Positions 9,921-19,026 of a stretch of DNA of 64,000 nt are shown here, in pieces (positions within the stretch are counted from its first letter, which is position 1; each line of letters starts with the position of its first letter). Position numbers and translations under genes: made by a program. Below the pieces are notes generated by a model. It was not told the origin of the DNA, did no database searches, and worked only from the letters and a program-made list of their open reading frames with translations. The DNA comes from Candidatus Latescibacterota bacterium (GTDB lineage: Bacteria > Latescibacterota > UBA2968), in assembly GCA_965207885.1 (NCBI GenBank), contig OZ242311.1, positions 2,112,001-2,176,000 on the forward strand. Direction: 5' to 3'.

Positions 9921-10846
9921 CACACCTCCTCCTCGTGCATGGTCAGCGCTTGAAAAATTTCTTCCAAAGACATGGCCTCACGCTTCATTTCCACCAGTCC
10001 CATGCCCAATCCTACAATGCGAGCCGATACTGCGGCACTCAAATCAGCTTTAGCTGGCCAATGGACGTGCAGCCCATTGTTTGTTCGCGTCACATCGCTA
10101 ATCCCTTCAATAGTGGCAATGGCTTTGGCCGCGATGTCCATATCGCCCGATATCCGAACAAAAAACCGCGTTGTGTCGCGCATATTAGCCGTGAGATTTT
10201 CAGGGGTATCAACAGCGACAATCCTACCTTCGTGGATAATGATTACGCGATTGCAGGTCATTTCAACTTCGGGCAAGATATGCGTGCTTAAAATCACCGT
10301 GCGCTCCTGGGCAAGTTCGCGGATCAATTGTCGCACCTCTATGATCTGATTGGGATCGAGGCCCGAAGTTGGCTCGTCCATAATGATTACCTCAGGGTTG
10401 TGCAATATCGCCTGTGCAAGCCCTACCCGTTGCCGATATCCTTTGGATAAATGACCGATGAGTTGCTCGGTGCGCCCCACAAGTCCGCATTGAACGACGA
10501 CTTCATCAATTCGCCGTCTGGATTCTTTTGGCGCAACCCCCTTGATTTTAGCGATAAACTCCAGATATGTACGCACGCGCATATCGCGATACAGAGGCGG
10601 CAATTCGGGCAAATATCCAATACGCATTTTGACTTCCAATGGATTGTCAAAAATATCGTAGCCGGCAATGCGCGCCGTGCCTTCTGTAGCGGGCAAAAAA
10701 CAGGTGAGTACGCGCATGGTCGTGGTTTTGCCCGCGCCGTTTGGTCCCAAAAAACCGACAATTTCACCCTTACCCACTTGAAACGAAATGTCGTCAACAG
10801 CCGTAAACGCGCCGTAGCGCTTTGTCAGGCGATCAACTTCTATCAC
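9920..10846 (-). CDS. ABC transporter ATP-binding protein (GldA-like)
   Basis: Walker A GPNGAGKTT, LSKGYRQRVG, DEPTSGLDP. Confidence 0.93.
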   Translation of the reverse strand: MIEVDRLTKRYGAFTAVDDISFQVGKGEIVGFLGPNGAGKTTTMRVLTCFLPATEGTARIAGYDIFDNPLEVKMRIGYLPELPPLYRDMRVRTYLEFIAKIKGVAPKESRRRIDEVVVQCGLVGRTEQLIGHLSKGYRQRVGLAQAILHNPEVIIMDEPTSGLDPNQIIEVRQLIRELAQERTVILSTHILPEVEMTCNRVIIIHEGRIVAVDTPENLTANMRDTTRFFVRISGDMDIAAKAIATIEGISDVTRTNNGLHVHWPAKADLSAAVSARIVGLGMGLVEMKREAMSLEEIFQALTMHEEEV

Positions 10847-10857
10847 ACCTTACTCCT

Positions 10858-11739
10858 TTATCCATTAATTTTTTTTGCCCGCATCCTGAAAAATTGCATC
10901 AACGGTTCGTGATACGCCCCTTGAGTCGAAATATTTACAGCGTCTAAACCCATGCGATGAAACAACGCTTCGCGGTCATCGCGCTCTTTTCGCGTCAGCT
11001 TTTGAAATGTATCGCGCACTGCTGCATCGCCGAAATCGACCATGATGCCTTCGCCCGTCTCGGCATCTTCTAACTCCACTATGCCAATTGCAGGCAGGTC
11101 GTACTCCCGAGGGTCTTCCAGCGCTATCGCTACCAGGTCGTGACGCCGATTTGCAACCCGCAGTGCTTTTTCATAGTTGGAAGCAAAAAAATCCGATACC
11201 AGAAACACCACACTGCGCCTGTAGGTTACACGATTCAAATACTCCAATGCCGCATCGATATTTGTACCGCGCCCCGAAGGTTGAAAATACAACAACTCTC
11301 GAATGACACGCAGCACATGCTTTTTGCCCTTTTTGGGGGGGATAAACAACTCAACTTCGTCGGTAAAAATGATCAGTCCCACGCGATCGTTATTCTGAAT
11401 TGCTGAAAAGGCGAGCAAAGCGCAAATTTCAGCACCTATCTCGCCTTTCATTTGCGCCACCGTTCCAAAGTCGCCCGACGCACTCGCATCCACCATCAAT
11501 ATTACGGTGAGTTCGCGCTCCTCGTCGAACACCTTGACAAAGGGGTCGCCCATACGCGCTGTCACGTTCCAGTCAATTGTGCGAACATCATCGCCGGGCT
11601 GATATTCTCGCACTTCTGCAAATGCCATTCCCCTGCCCTTAAATACCGAATGGTACTCGCCGGCAAAAATCGTGTTCACCAGATTGCGCGTGCGCAACTC
11701 AATGCGCTTCACTTTTTTGAAGATTTCAGTTGGAATCAT
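10858..11739 (-). CDS. DUF58 domain protein
   Basis: GEYHSVFKGRG, REYQPGDDVRTIDWNVTAR; directly downstream of the MoxR gene. Confidence 0.92.
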   Translation of the reverse strand: MIPTEIFKKVKRIELRTRNLVNTIFAGEYHSVFKGRGMAFAEVREYQPGDDVRTIDWNVTARMGDPFVKVFDEERELTVILMVDASASGDFGTVAQMKGEIGAEICALLAFSAIQNNDRVGLIIFTDEVELFIPPKKGKKHVLRVIRELLYFQPSGRGTNIDAALEYLNRVTYRRSVVFLVSDFFASNYEKALRVANRRHDLVAIALEDPREYDLPAIGIVELEDAETGEGIMVDFGDAAVRDTFQKLTRKERDDREALFHRMGLDAVNISTQGAYHEPLMQFFRMRAKKING

Positions 11740-11750
11740 GGTAAAAACTA

Positions 11751-12746
11751 TCACGGCACTTCAACGTGATCGAATATTTGGCGTGCGATTTCTTCGGAGT
11801 CAATTTCTTCGGCTTCTGCCTCGTAAGTTACCAGCACGCGGTGACGCAACACATCCAGTCCAATGGCTTTCACATCTTCGGGGGTGACATAGCCGCGATG
11901 GCGCAAAAACGCGTGTGCTTTGGCAGCGCGGGTCAGGGCGATAGACGCGCGCGGCGATCCGCCAAATTCGATCAGGGCGCGCAAATCATCCAGACCATAA
12001 GCCGCCGGATCACGGGTTGCCAACACGAGATCGACGATATAATCTTTGATTTTGTCATCCACGTAAATCTCGTCGGCTACGCTTCGCGCACGAATGAGAT
12101 CGTCAGTTGTTATAACGTTCTCGATCCGAGGGGTTGCATCGCGGCTCATGCGATCGACAATAGCGCGTTCTTCCTGTTTATTGGGATATGTTACCCGCAC
12201 TTTCAGCATAAAGCGATCGACCTGTGCTTCGGGCAGTGGATAGGTCCCCTCTTGTTCGATGGGATTTTGCGTGGCCAGCACCAAAAATGGATCGGGCATG
12301 GCAAATGTTTCGTTCCCAATGGTAACTTGACGCTCTTGCATGGCTTCGAGCATGGCACTTTGTACTTTTGACGGTGCGCGATTGACTTCATCGGCGAGTA
12401 CGAGTTGGGCAAAAATAGGTCCCTTTTGAGCTACAAATTGGCCCGTCTCTCTGTGATAGACCATTGTGCCGATCAGGTCGGCGGGCAACAAATCGGGTGT
12501 AAACTGAATGCGTTTAAAAGACGCCTGAATCGCCTGAGCCAATGAATTGACGGCTAAAGTTTTCGCAAGACCGGGAACGCCCTCGAGCAGGACATGGCCG
12601 TTGCACAACAGACCGATTAACAGCCGTTCGATCATGTCCTGCTGCCCAACAATGACCTTGCCCACCTCGGCCAATAACCGATTGACAAACGCGCTTTCGC
12701 GCCCAACCCGCTCATTGATTACCTGAATATCTTGTCCAACTGTCAT
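11751..12746 (-). CDS. MoxR family AAA+ ATPase
   Basis: LLEGVPGLAKT, RIQFTPDLLPAD, DEVNRA, ATQNPIEQEGTYPLPEAQVDRF. Confidence 0.95.
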   Translation of the reverse strand: MTVGQDIQVINERVGRESAFVNRLLAEVGKVIVGQQDMIERLLIGLLCNGHVLLEGVPGLAKTLAVNSLAQAIQASFKRIQFTPDLLPADLIGTMVYHRETGQFVAQKGPIFAQLVLADEVNRAPSKVQSAMLEAMQERQVTIGNETFAMPDPFLVLATQNPIEQEGTYPLPEAQVDRFMLKVRVTYPNKQEERAIVDRMSRDATPRIENVITTDDLIRARSVADEIYVDDKIKDYIVDLVLATRDPAAYGLDDLRALIEFGGSPRASIALTRAAKAHAFLRHRGYVTPEDVKAIGLDVLRHRVLVTYEAEAEEIDSEEIARQIFDHVEVP

Positions 12747-12750
12747 TGCA

Positions 12751-13233
12751 TCACTCTCGACTTATTGGTTTGGTACGCAACCACTGTTCGGGCGCTTTGC
12801 CCAAATTTGCAATCGAAAATTTGGCATCATCTACCAGCTCAGAGTTTGGATATGTATCAACCACCTGCTGATAGGCTATCTGCGCCTGTTTGTAATCGCC
12901 GAGTTGATCGTAGATGTAGCCAATCATAAATTGTGCCTGTACACAATACCGGCTCTGCGGAAATCGCGCGATCAGGGTTTCGTATCGCGCAATAGCTTCT
13001 TTGTGTTTCTGCTGATTCATCAACACCCGAGCCAGAGCCTGTAGTGCCACCTCAGCGCGAGGATCGTCGGGAAACTGCGCCAGAAATTCCGCCAATTTGA
13101 CCTCGGCCACTGGATACGACGCCATATCGTGCGCGGCCTGTTCGCCCTCTCGAAATAGCAAATCCGCAGACTGGTCTTGTCCCCCACAGGCGACAAATAG
13201 TGGCAAAAAGAATAGGAATCGAAATCTGTGCAT
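12751..13233 (-). CDS. TPR-repeat lipoprotein (YbgF/BamD-like)
   Basis: Lipobox LFVA-C; TPR repeats ending in FPDDP, FPQS, YPNS; AGGAG RBS upstream. Confidence 0.75.
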   Translation of the reverse strand: MHRFRFLFFLPLFVACGGQDQSADLLFREGEQAAHDMASYPVAEVKLAEFLAQFPDDPRAEVALQALARVLMNQQKHKEAIARYETLIARFPQSRYCVQAQFMIGYIYDQLGDYKQAQIAYQQVVDTYPNSELVDDAKFSIANLGKAPEQWLRTKPISRE

Positions 13234-13340
13234 CTTTTTCCATCTCCTTTGCTTATTCAAACTTTTTCAAAAACGCTTTTGTCCAATTCGAGTTCCCGTT
13301 TTTTCTCACTACATAGTGCGATCAGATTGGACGGTGTATA

Positions 13341-13500
13341 GTGATTACTCCCAACGATAGAGGAGTTGGGCTTCTTGGCGGTCAAACCGCCTGACTTTGT
13401 AATCCCAAAGTCAATATGTTTATCGCAGCATTGAGGTCTCTGTCTGCTGTATAGCCACACGCCTTGCAATGATGCACACGATCAGAAAGTGCTTTCTTCT
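13341..13500 (-). ncRNA. Predicted TnpB omegaRNA (reRNA) scaffold
   Basis: By established TnpB biology the scaffold overlaps the tnpB 3' end and the right end, with the guide taken from the flank (UAUACACCGUCCAAUC). The 5' boundary is a guess. Confidence 0.55.
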
Positions 13501-14500
13501 CGCGGTGCCCACAAGAAGAGCAATCTTGTGAGGTGTATTCAGGATCAACGGCCTTGAATCCAATACCAGCCTCTTCCGCTTTATATTCGAGACAACGCCG
13601 AAACAGTGACCACGCTGCGTCTGAGATGCTTTTTGATAACCGACGATTCTTTTGCATCTTTTTATTGTCTAACTTTTCTGTTGCAACAAAGCCATACTTA
13701 TTGATTACTTTCCGAACTTCTTGATGCACAAAATTATGTCGTCTATTCCGGATGCGCTCATGCATTCTGGCAACAGTCTTACGCGCTTTCTCTCGTTTCT
13801 TTGACGATACTTTTTTTACTTTGTCCCACTTGCGCTGTGCTCTGGCAAGTACCTTTTCCTCTTTTTGAAAAAAGCGAGGATTTGCTATCTTTCCCTTATC
13901 AGAAAACATAGCAAATTTTTCAAGCCCTACGTCAATGCCAACGGCGGGGCCAGCGTCTGTTTTCTTACTTACCTCGCCTATATCACAAGAGATAGTAGCG
14001 AACCACTTGCCCGTTGCTGTGCGCCTGAGACTGCAAGACTTAGGCATACCCTCAAGTGGTCTGTGCTGGACAATCCGAATACAGCCTATTTTGCCCAATC
14101 GCAAGCCCTTCTCGTCCAATCGGCATCCATTGGAAAACTGAGGATAGGTGATAGAATCATAGCGATTCTGACCTTTGTATCTTGGAAAACCTGCTTTCTC
14201 GCCCGTCTTTGACCTCTCTTTGAGACGGCGGAAAAATCCTTTGAACGCCCAATCTACTCTCTGGCATACTTGCTGAAGAACTTGAGAATAGACAAGAGAA
14301 AAAGACTTACGCTGTTGTTTCAGCATTGGCAATGTCGCCTGTTGCTCATAGCGCGACAAACTTTCTTTATTCTTTTGCCATGCTTGGACTCTATCACAGA
14401 CAAGTTGGTTATATAGCAAGCGACATTCTTCAATGTGCGCCAGCAGGATTTTCTCCTGTTTTTTCGTTGGGCGCAATCTATATTTGAAGGACTTAAGCAT
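13382..14500 (-). CDS. tnpB: RNA-guided endonuclease TnpB, apparently intact
   Basis: KYRLRPT N-terminus; RuvC D (GIDVG), E (ATEKL), D (DRDLNAA); zinc finger CSSC..CKAC. Confidence 0.95.
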   Translation of the reverse strand: MLKSFKYRLRPTKKQEKILLAHIEECRLLYNQLVCDRVQAWQKNKESLSRYEQQATLPMLKQQRKSFSLVYSQVLQQVCQRVDWAFKGFFRRLKERSKTGEKAGFPRYKGQNRYDSITYPQFSNGCRLDEKGLRLGKIGCIRIVQHRPLEGMPKSCSLRRTATGKWFATISCDIGEVSKKTDAGPAVGIDVGLEKFAMFSDKGKIANPRFFQKEEKVLARAQRKWDKVKKVSSKKREKARKTVARMHERIRNRRHNFVHQEVRKVINKYGFVATEKLDNKKMQKNRRLSKSISDAAWSLFRRCLEYKAEEAGIGFKAVDPEYTSQDCSSCGHREKKALSDRVHHCKACGYTADRDLNAAINILTLGLQSQAV

Positions 14501-14506
14501 AATAAA

Positions 14507-14535
14507 AATATATATTTACGAGCATATTTTGTCAA
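14507..14535 (-). promoter_or_regulatory. Promoter of tnpB, implying a leaderless mRNA
   Basis: TTGACA-17 nt-TATATT-6 nt-ATG, with no RBS. Confidence 0.7.
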
Positions 14536-14551
14536 CTCATTTTTTGTAAAA

Positions 14552-14724
14552 TTAGTGGACGAACCTCAATGACTCACCGCCCACATCGCACAAGGCGATG
14601 TGCCCCATGCTAAAGCACCACACCATAAGCATGTCCCTGCGAAAGCAGGGAACCGTAGGCCCTAACAACGCTCGCTAACTCGCGTCTGCTTCCCAAATCT
14701 AAAGCATTTGGGCCTTACGAGCTA
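14552..14724. other. Conserved structured non-coding left-end module (copy 1)
   Basis: Shares 33-nt and 31-nt identical blocks and a covarying hairpin with 46909-47134. Confidence 0.8.
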
Positions 14725-16005
14725 TTTATTAAAAAAACGTCCTGCTTTCGTCAAGATTTCCGTGTGCTTAAAAAGCAAATATGCGATGCCCACCAGCGCC
14801 AACCCACCGTATTCCACCCATTGAACCCACACGGCTTCTTCCCATACACCACGGGTCTGATACTGGATCAAAATGTGGTAGGATAAGACCACCAGAAGTG
14901 AGAAAGCGATCCAGGGCGGATGCCGAAAAAAAACGAGAAATGGAATTAACCACACGACATACCACGGATGAAGAGTAGGAGTCAGCAGAACAAAGGCCGC
15001 CGCAGTCAGATATGCGCAGCGCAACAGGGGAATTCTTTTCCAGATCAGAAACAGAACAACACTTAAAAAGAGCAAGCCAATAATGCCACGCGCTATCTGC
15101 CCATTGCCGCAAAGCAGAATGAGTACATCGAATATCGCGCTATTAAACGACCAGTGTTGTGCATAAGTGCCCAGGCTACCAAAGACAGATGCGCCGGTCC
15201 AGGCATAGGGCAGATATCCCAGGAGTATGACACAGGGGACCATGAGCAGTGCCGACCAATTGGTTGGCAGCCACCCTTTCCAGCGCACAAAATACGGCAA
15301 AAAAACAAGGGGAAAGAATTTCACCAAAACAGCCCCGCCCAGCGCACTTAGCGCTATGCGATCTCGTCCTTTGAAGAACAAGTACAATGCGGCTAACAAA
15401 GCGACGATGCCCAGTGATTCAATATGTCCATTTCCAGCGATTTCCACCACGATCAGCGGATGCCAGAAGTAAATCAAAACCCATTGAGGCCGCTGCTCAA
15501 AATGCCTGAGCAAACAGACTATAAGCCATCCCGCAATCAGGTCGGCACACACGAGTAGCATCTTAATGCCCAGTATGCCACTCGAAATCCCATATCCTAC
15601 CCAGAATGCCATTTGGGCAATGGGCGGATAAATGGTGGGCAATTCGGGGTGGTTAATTTTGGAAAAAATGAGCGCGTCTCGTACATGCACCAGTTCTTGT
15701 GCTGCAGGTGCAAACCGGTAGGGGTTGACGCCCGCCCACTGTACGCGTCCATCCCACACATAGCGATAAATGTCATCGGATAGCGCGGGAATAGAAAACA
15801 AAAGGCTAAGCCGAAAAACAACGGAAACGATCACAATAGCGGTCAATGGCACATATTTACAATGCCAGATGGCAATGAGATAGGCCACAGATGCAATGCC
15901 AAAAAGCATAAAAAAAACCGGCACATGCTTGCCCAATGCCGGCATTGCAGCAAAACTGCTCGTCATGACCAACCCCATCAAAAGGGGCACGATCCACCGC
16001 TGCAT
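14722..16005 (-). CDS. GT-C fold membrane glycosyltransferase (GT87/MptB-like)
   Basis: LSDDIYRYVWDG, TIYPP, WHPLIVVEIAGNGH, HPWY; polytopic membrane protein. Confidence 0.85.
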   Translation of the reverse strand: MQRWIVPLLMGLVMTSSFAAMPALGKHVPVFFMLFGIASVAYLIAIWHCKYVPLTAIVIVSVVFRLSLLFSIPALSDDIYRYVWDGRVQWAGVNPYRFAPAAQELVHVRDALIFSKINHPELPTIYPPIAQMAFWVGYGISSGILGIKMLLVCADLIAGWLIVCLLRHFEQRPQWVLIYFWHPLIVVEIAGNGHIESLGIVALLAALYLFFKGRDRIALSALGGAVLVKFFPLVFLPYFVRWKGWLPTNWSALLMVPCVILLGYLPYAWTGASVFGSLGTYAQHWSFNSAIFDVLILLCGNGQIARGIIGLLFLSVVLFLIWKRIPLLRCAYLTAAAFVLLTPTLHPWYVVWLIPFLVFFRHPPWIAFSLLVVLSYHILIQYQTRGVWEEAVWVQWVEYGGLALVGIAYLLFKHTEILTKAGRFFNK

Positions 16006-16031
16006 AAGTATCTCTTAGCGCAATATGTCCA

Positions 16032-16940
16032 TTACAACTGATCTTGCTCAATATGTCGCCGATGCGTGTTAATTTGCAAAACGATTTTGCCTTGCTTAAA
16101 TACGCGAACTGTTCCTGTTGACTCAGAAATAGCCAGGGCGATGGCTCGGGTAGTTTTGGTAATCGCCGCCGCCGCCACATGCCGTGCGCCCAACCCCTTG
16201 GGCAAAGTGAGACCGCGCACACTCGCTGAAATATAGCGTCCTCCAGATATAATAACCCCATCTTCCCGAATAATAAATGCGCCATCCATCAGCGATACTT
16301 CTTTGACACCTTCGTGAACATCGGGATTACAAATATTTTTTTCTTTATCGGAATATCCGCGAAAAGGATCAAATGTCATGGATCGCGAATGGTGCAAAAC
16401 CCGTTTGGAATCGCCAATGACAAATAAGGTGCCGACCGATTCGCCTTCGCGACCTTCCTTACCAATATTGATGGCAAGATCGAGCGTGGTTTTGACAACT
16501 TTGAGCGGTAAATTGCCCGCTATGGCTGCAATTTTTGCCGGGTCGTATATATCAAACCCAATACTGGTATCCATCACCGTTATCGCATCTACGCCCCGAG
16601 AGACCAGCATGCTACTCAGGCATACCAATCGCGCATCTCGGCGAATACATCCACTCTCCAGGCCCCTGATAATGCATTGTCGCAATTGTTCGAAGGGAGT
16701 GCCATCACTTCTGCGATAATCATAAGTTAAACGCTGCACACCCTTTTCTTCCACACCACTCAAAAAGTGTTTTTTTTCCGTAACAATCAGGACCTGACAG
16801 GTGGCATTTAGCCTGTGAACATCATCTTGGCTCACGCCGGAATCAGCCACGAGCAGGATCATATCAGCGCAGGTTTCCCGTGCCAAATTTTTGGCGGTAC
16901 TCAGCAAGGACTGCGTGTGATTTTCGTTTGATTTAGCCAT
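16032..16940 (-). CDS. Diadenylate cyclase (DisA_N/DAC domain with N-terminal extra domain, DacZ-like)
   Basis: EGREGESVGTLFVIGD, MDGAF, GLGARHVAAA, ISESTGTVRVF. Confidence 0.88.
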   Translation of the reverse strand: MAKSNENHTQSLLSTAKNLARETCADMILLVADSGVSQDDVHRLNATCQVLIVTEKKHFLSGVEEKGVQRLTYDYRRSDGTPFEQLRQCIIRGLESGCIRRDARLVCLSSMLVSRGVDAITVMDTSIGFDIYDPAKIAAIAGNLPLKVVKTTLDLAINIGKEGREGESVGTLFVIGDSKRVLHHSRSMTFDPFRGYSDKEKNICNPDVHEGVKEVSLMDGAFIIREDGVIISGGRYISASVRGLTLPKGLGARHVAAAAITKTTRAIALAISESTGTVRVFKQGKIVLQINTHRRHIEQDQL

Positions 16941-17001
16941 AAAATGCTTTTATGAGAAGGTCATGCTGGTCCTGTGAACACGCCCCAAAACTACCATTTA
17001 A

Positions 17002-17622
17002 CTACCGCCGGGACGAGAAGCGCCGCCGCCGACCATAAGTCACATTTTCTTCTTGAGATACGTTGTGCGACGTTATGACCCCTCCCCGTTCTAAATCCAA
17101 AAATTCCCCGGGAATATGTTTGGTCAATATGGTTGGACCACAATCGTAGAAATGCACGCCAGCCTGATGGGCGCGTATTGCTGCAATGCGTATGACTGCC
17201 CCTCGGCGTCCGGGCCTGGCACTTAACCGCGCGGCGACATCGGCATCAAATGACAAATGTACATAATCGCGATCATCAGGCACCAGGCCTTCAGACAACA
17301 ATCGCTCAACATCGGCAGAATCCACGCCCTTGTATAAAAATTCGGGTGGTTCTGATGGATCGAGACCCAGGTCGATGGAAAAACTGTGCCCATAACGCGC
17401 GCGAATGCGATTTTCCACAATCTCGAAACGTTGCTTTTCTCCATCATAAACCACTTTTTCAATATCTTCAAGAGTAAATGTCGAATTTCGGTCTTGAAAT
17501 GCACGTAAAACCTCGTCGAGGTCGGCAAAACCATAGTGGTCAACTTGCAGTCCAAACTCATCGGGCCTGTGTCGCAACATCAATGATAACAATTTGGAAA
17601 TGTGTACAATTCTCGGTGCCAT
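17002..17622 (-). CDS. kptA: RNA 2'-phosphotransferase Tpt1/KptA
   Basis: SKLLSLMLRH, KQRF, IRARYGHS, RDYVHLS motifs. Confidence 0.88.
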   Translation of the reverse strand: MAPRIVHISKLLSLMLRHRPDEFGLQVDHYGFADLDEVLRAFQDRNSTFTLEDIEKVVYDGEKQRFEIVENRIRARYGHSFSIDLGLDPSEPPEFLYKGVDSADVERLLSEGLVPDDRDYVHLSFDADVAARLSARPGRRGAVIRIAAIRAHQAGVHFYDCGPTILTKHIPGEFLDLERGGVITSHNVSQEENVTYGRRRRFSSRR

Positions 17623-17646
17623 GCGCTTTCTCCGTAATAATAATCT

Positions 17647-19014
17647 CTATGAAAACACCACATCTTGCGCGGCATCCACATCCTGAACGCCAATCAACGA
17701 CAGGCCATCGGGAATGCGCGCCCCACTCAAATTTGCTTTGGCGGCAATACACCGCGTGAAGCCCAGTTTGCGCGCTTCGGTCATTCTGCGTTCAATTTGA
17801 CCAACCGCACGCACTTCTCCGCCCAACCCAACTTCGCCAATTACAACCGTATCGCGGGACATCTGTCTGCTGCGAAAGCTCGACGCCATAGCCATAGCTA
17901 CACCCAGATCGACAGCGGGTTCGTCAATGCGCAAGCCTCCTGCGACATTTAAAAAAATATCCTCAGTACCCAATTGCAGGCCTGACCGTTTTTCGAGCAC
18001 GGCAATTAAAATCGCCATCCGCCGCGCATCAAATCCCGTGGCCACGCGCTGCGGGTACCCGAAATTACTGCGACTGACCAGTGCTTGTACTTCGACCAAA
18101 ATGGGACGTGTACCTTCAATTGTGCAAACAATGGCTGTGCCTTCTCGGTCGGCCTCGCGCTCGGGCAAGAATACCTGTGAGGGATTATCCACTGCGACCA
18201 TCCCCCGATCGCACATTTCAAAAATGCCAATTTCATTTGTCGAGCCAAACCGGTTCTTGGCAGCCCGCAAAATGCGAAATGCACCGTGTTGTTCGCCCTC
18301 CAGGTAAAGTACGGTATCGACGATGTGTTCGAGCACGCGCGGTCCTGCAACCGTGCCTTCTTTGGTGACATGCCCGATTAAAAAAATCGATGTGCCCGTG
18401 CGTTTGCCCAGTGCCACCAGTTTGGCAGAAGATTCTCTGACTTGTGCCACACTTCCCGGCGCGCTTTGTAGATCTGGGCTAAAAATGGTCTGCACCGAAT
18501 CGACCACAACCGCAATGGGCTGCATTTCTTCGATGTAGCCGCAAATTAGATCGAGATTGGATTCAGAAATCAAGTACAATTCATCGGATAACGCGCCGAT
18601 TCTGTGGGCGCGCATTCGCGTTTGGCGAGGAGACTCTTCTGCGGATACGTACAGCGTCTTCATACCCGAAAACGCGAGTTGTGCAACGCCTTGCAAGAGC
18701 AATGTGGATTTGCCAATGCCGGGATCGCCCCCGACAAGCGCAGCCATGCCGGGCACTATGCCGCCACCCAATGTGCGGTCAAATTCGCCGATAGCTGTCT
18801 CAATGCGGTCTTCTCTGCCGCCCATCACTTCCGTAATCGGCTGCGGCGGATTTGCTTTGATCCATTCGTCCGCGCGTCTGTTTTGTTTTACATCGGGCGA
18901 TGCCTGTTCTTCGACACAGGTGTTCCATTCACCACAGGATACACACCGACCAAACCACTGTCCCGAATCAGCACCGCATTGCTGACATACATACCGCACG
19001 CGCATTTTGCCCAT
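17647..19014 (-). CDS. radA: DNA repair protein RadA/Sms
   Basis: C4 zinc finger, GGDPGIGKST, KNRFG. Confidence 0.97.
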   Translation of the reverse strand: MGKMRVRYVCQQCGADSGQWFGRCVSCGEWNTCVEEQASPDVKQNRRADEWIKANPPQPITEVMGGREDRIETAIGEFDRTLGGGIVPGMAALVGGDPGIGKSTLLLQGVAQLAFSGMKTLYVSAEESPRQTRMRAHRIGALSDELYLISESNLDLICGYIEEMQPIAVVVDSVQTIFSPDLQSAPGSVAQVRESSAKLVALGKRTGTSIFLIGHVTKEGTVAGPRVLEHIVDTVLYLEGEQHGAFRILRAAKNRFGSTNEIGIFEMCDRGMVAVDNPSQVFLPEREADREGTAIVCTIEGTRPILVEVQALVSRSNFGYPQRVATGFDARRMAILIAVLEKRSGLQLGTEDIFLNVAGGLRIDEPAVDLGVAMAMASSFRSRQMSRDTVVIGEVGLGGEVRAVGQIERRMTEARKLGFTRCIAAKANLSGARIPDGLSLIGVQDVDAAQDVVFS

Positions 19015-19026
19015 GGGCTATATTCC

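Larger units (their letters stand above)
13341..14727 (-). mobile_element. IS200/IS605-family (IS1341-type, tnpB only) element 1
   Basis: Right end GAAG-CCCAAC..GTTGGG-AGTAATCAC ending at 13341; left-end hairpin CCCAAATGCTTTAGATTTGGG (14692-14712). Left boundary is inferred, placed after TTAAT. Confidence 0.8.

Noticed and set aside
14552-14724. Canonical group I intron (IStron), group II intron or hammerhead/HDV ribozyme as the identity of the module
   Set aside because: By eye there is no P7-type core, domain V, CUGANGA/GAAA core or HDV J4/2; the module is short and the elements end in C or A rather than G. A covariance-model search is still needed.
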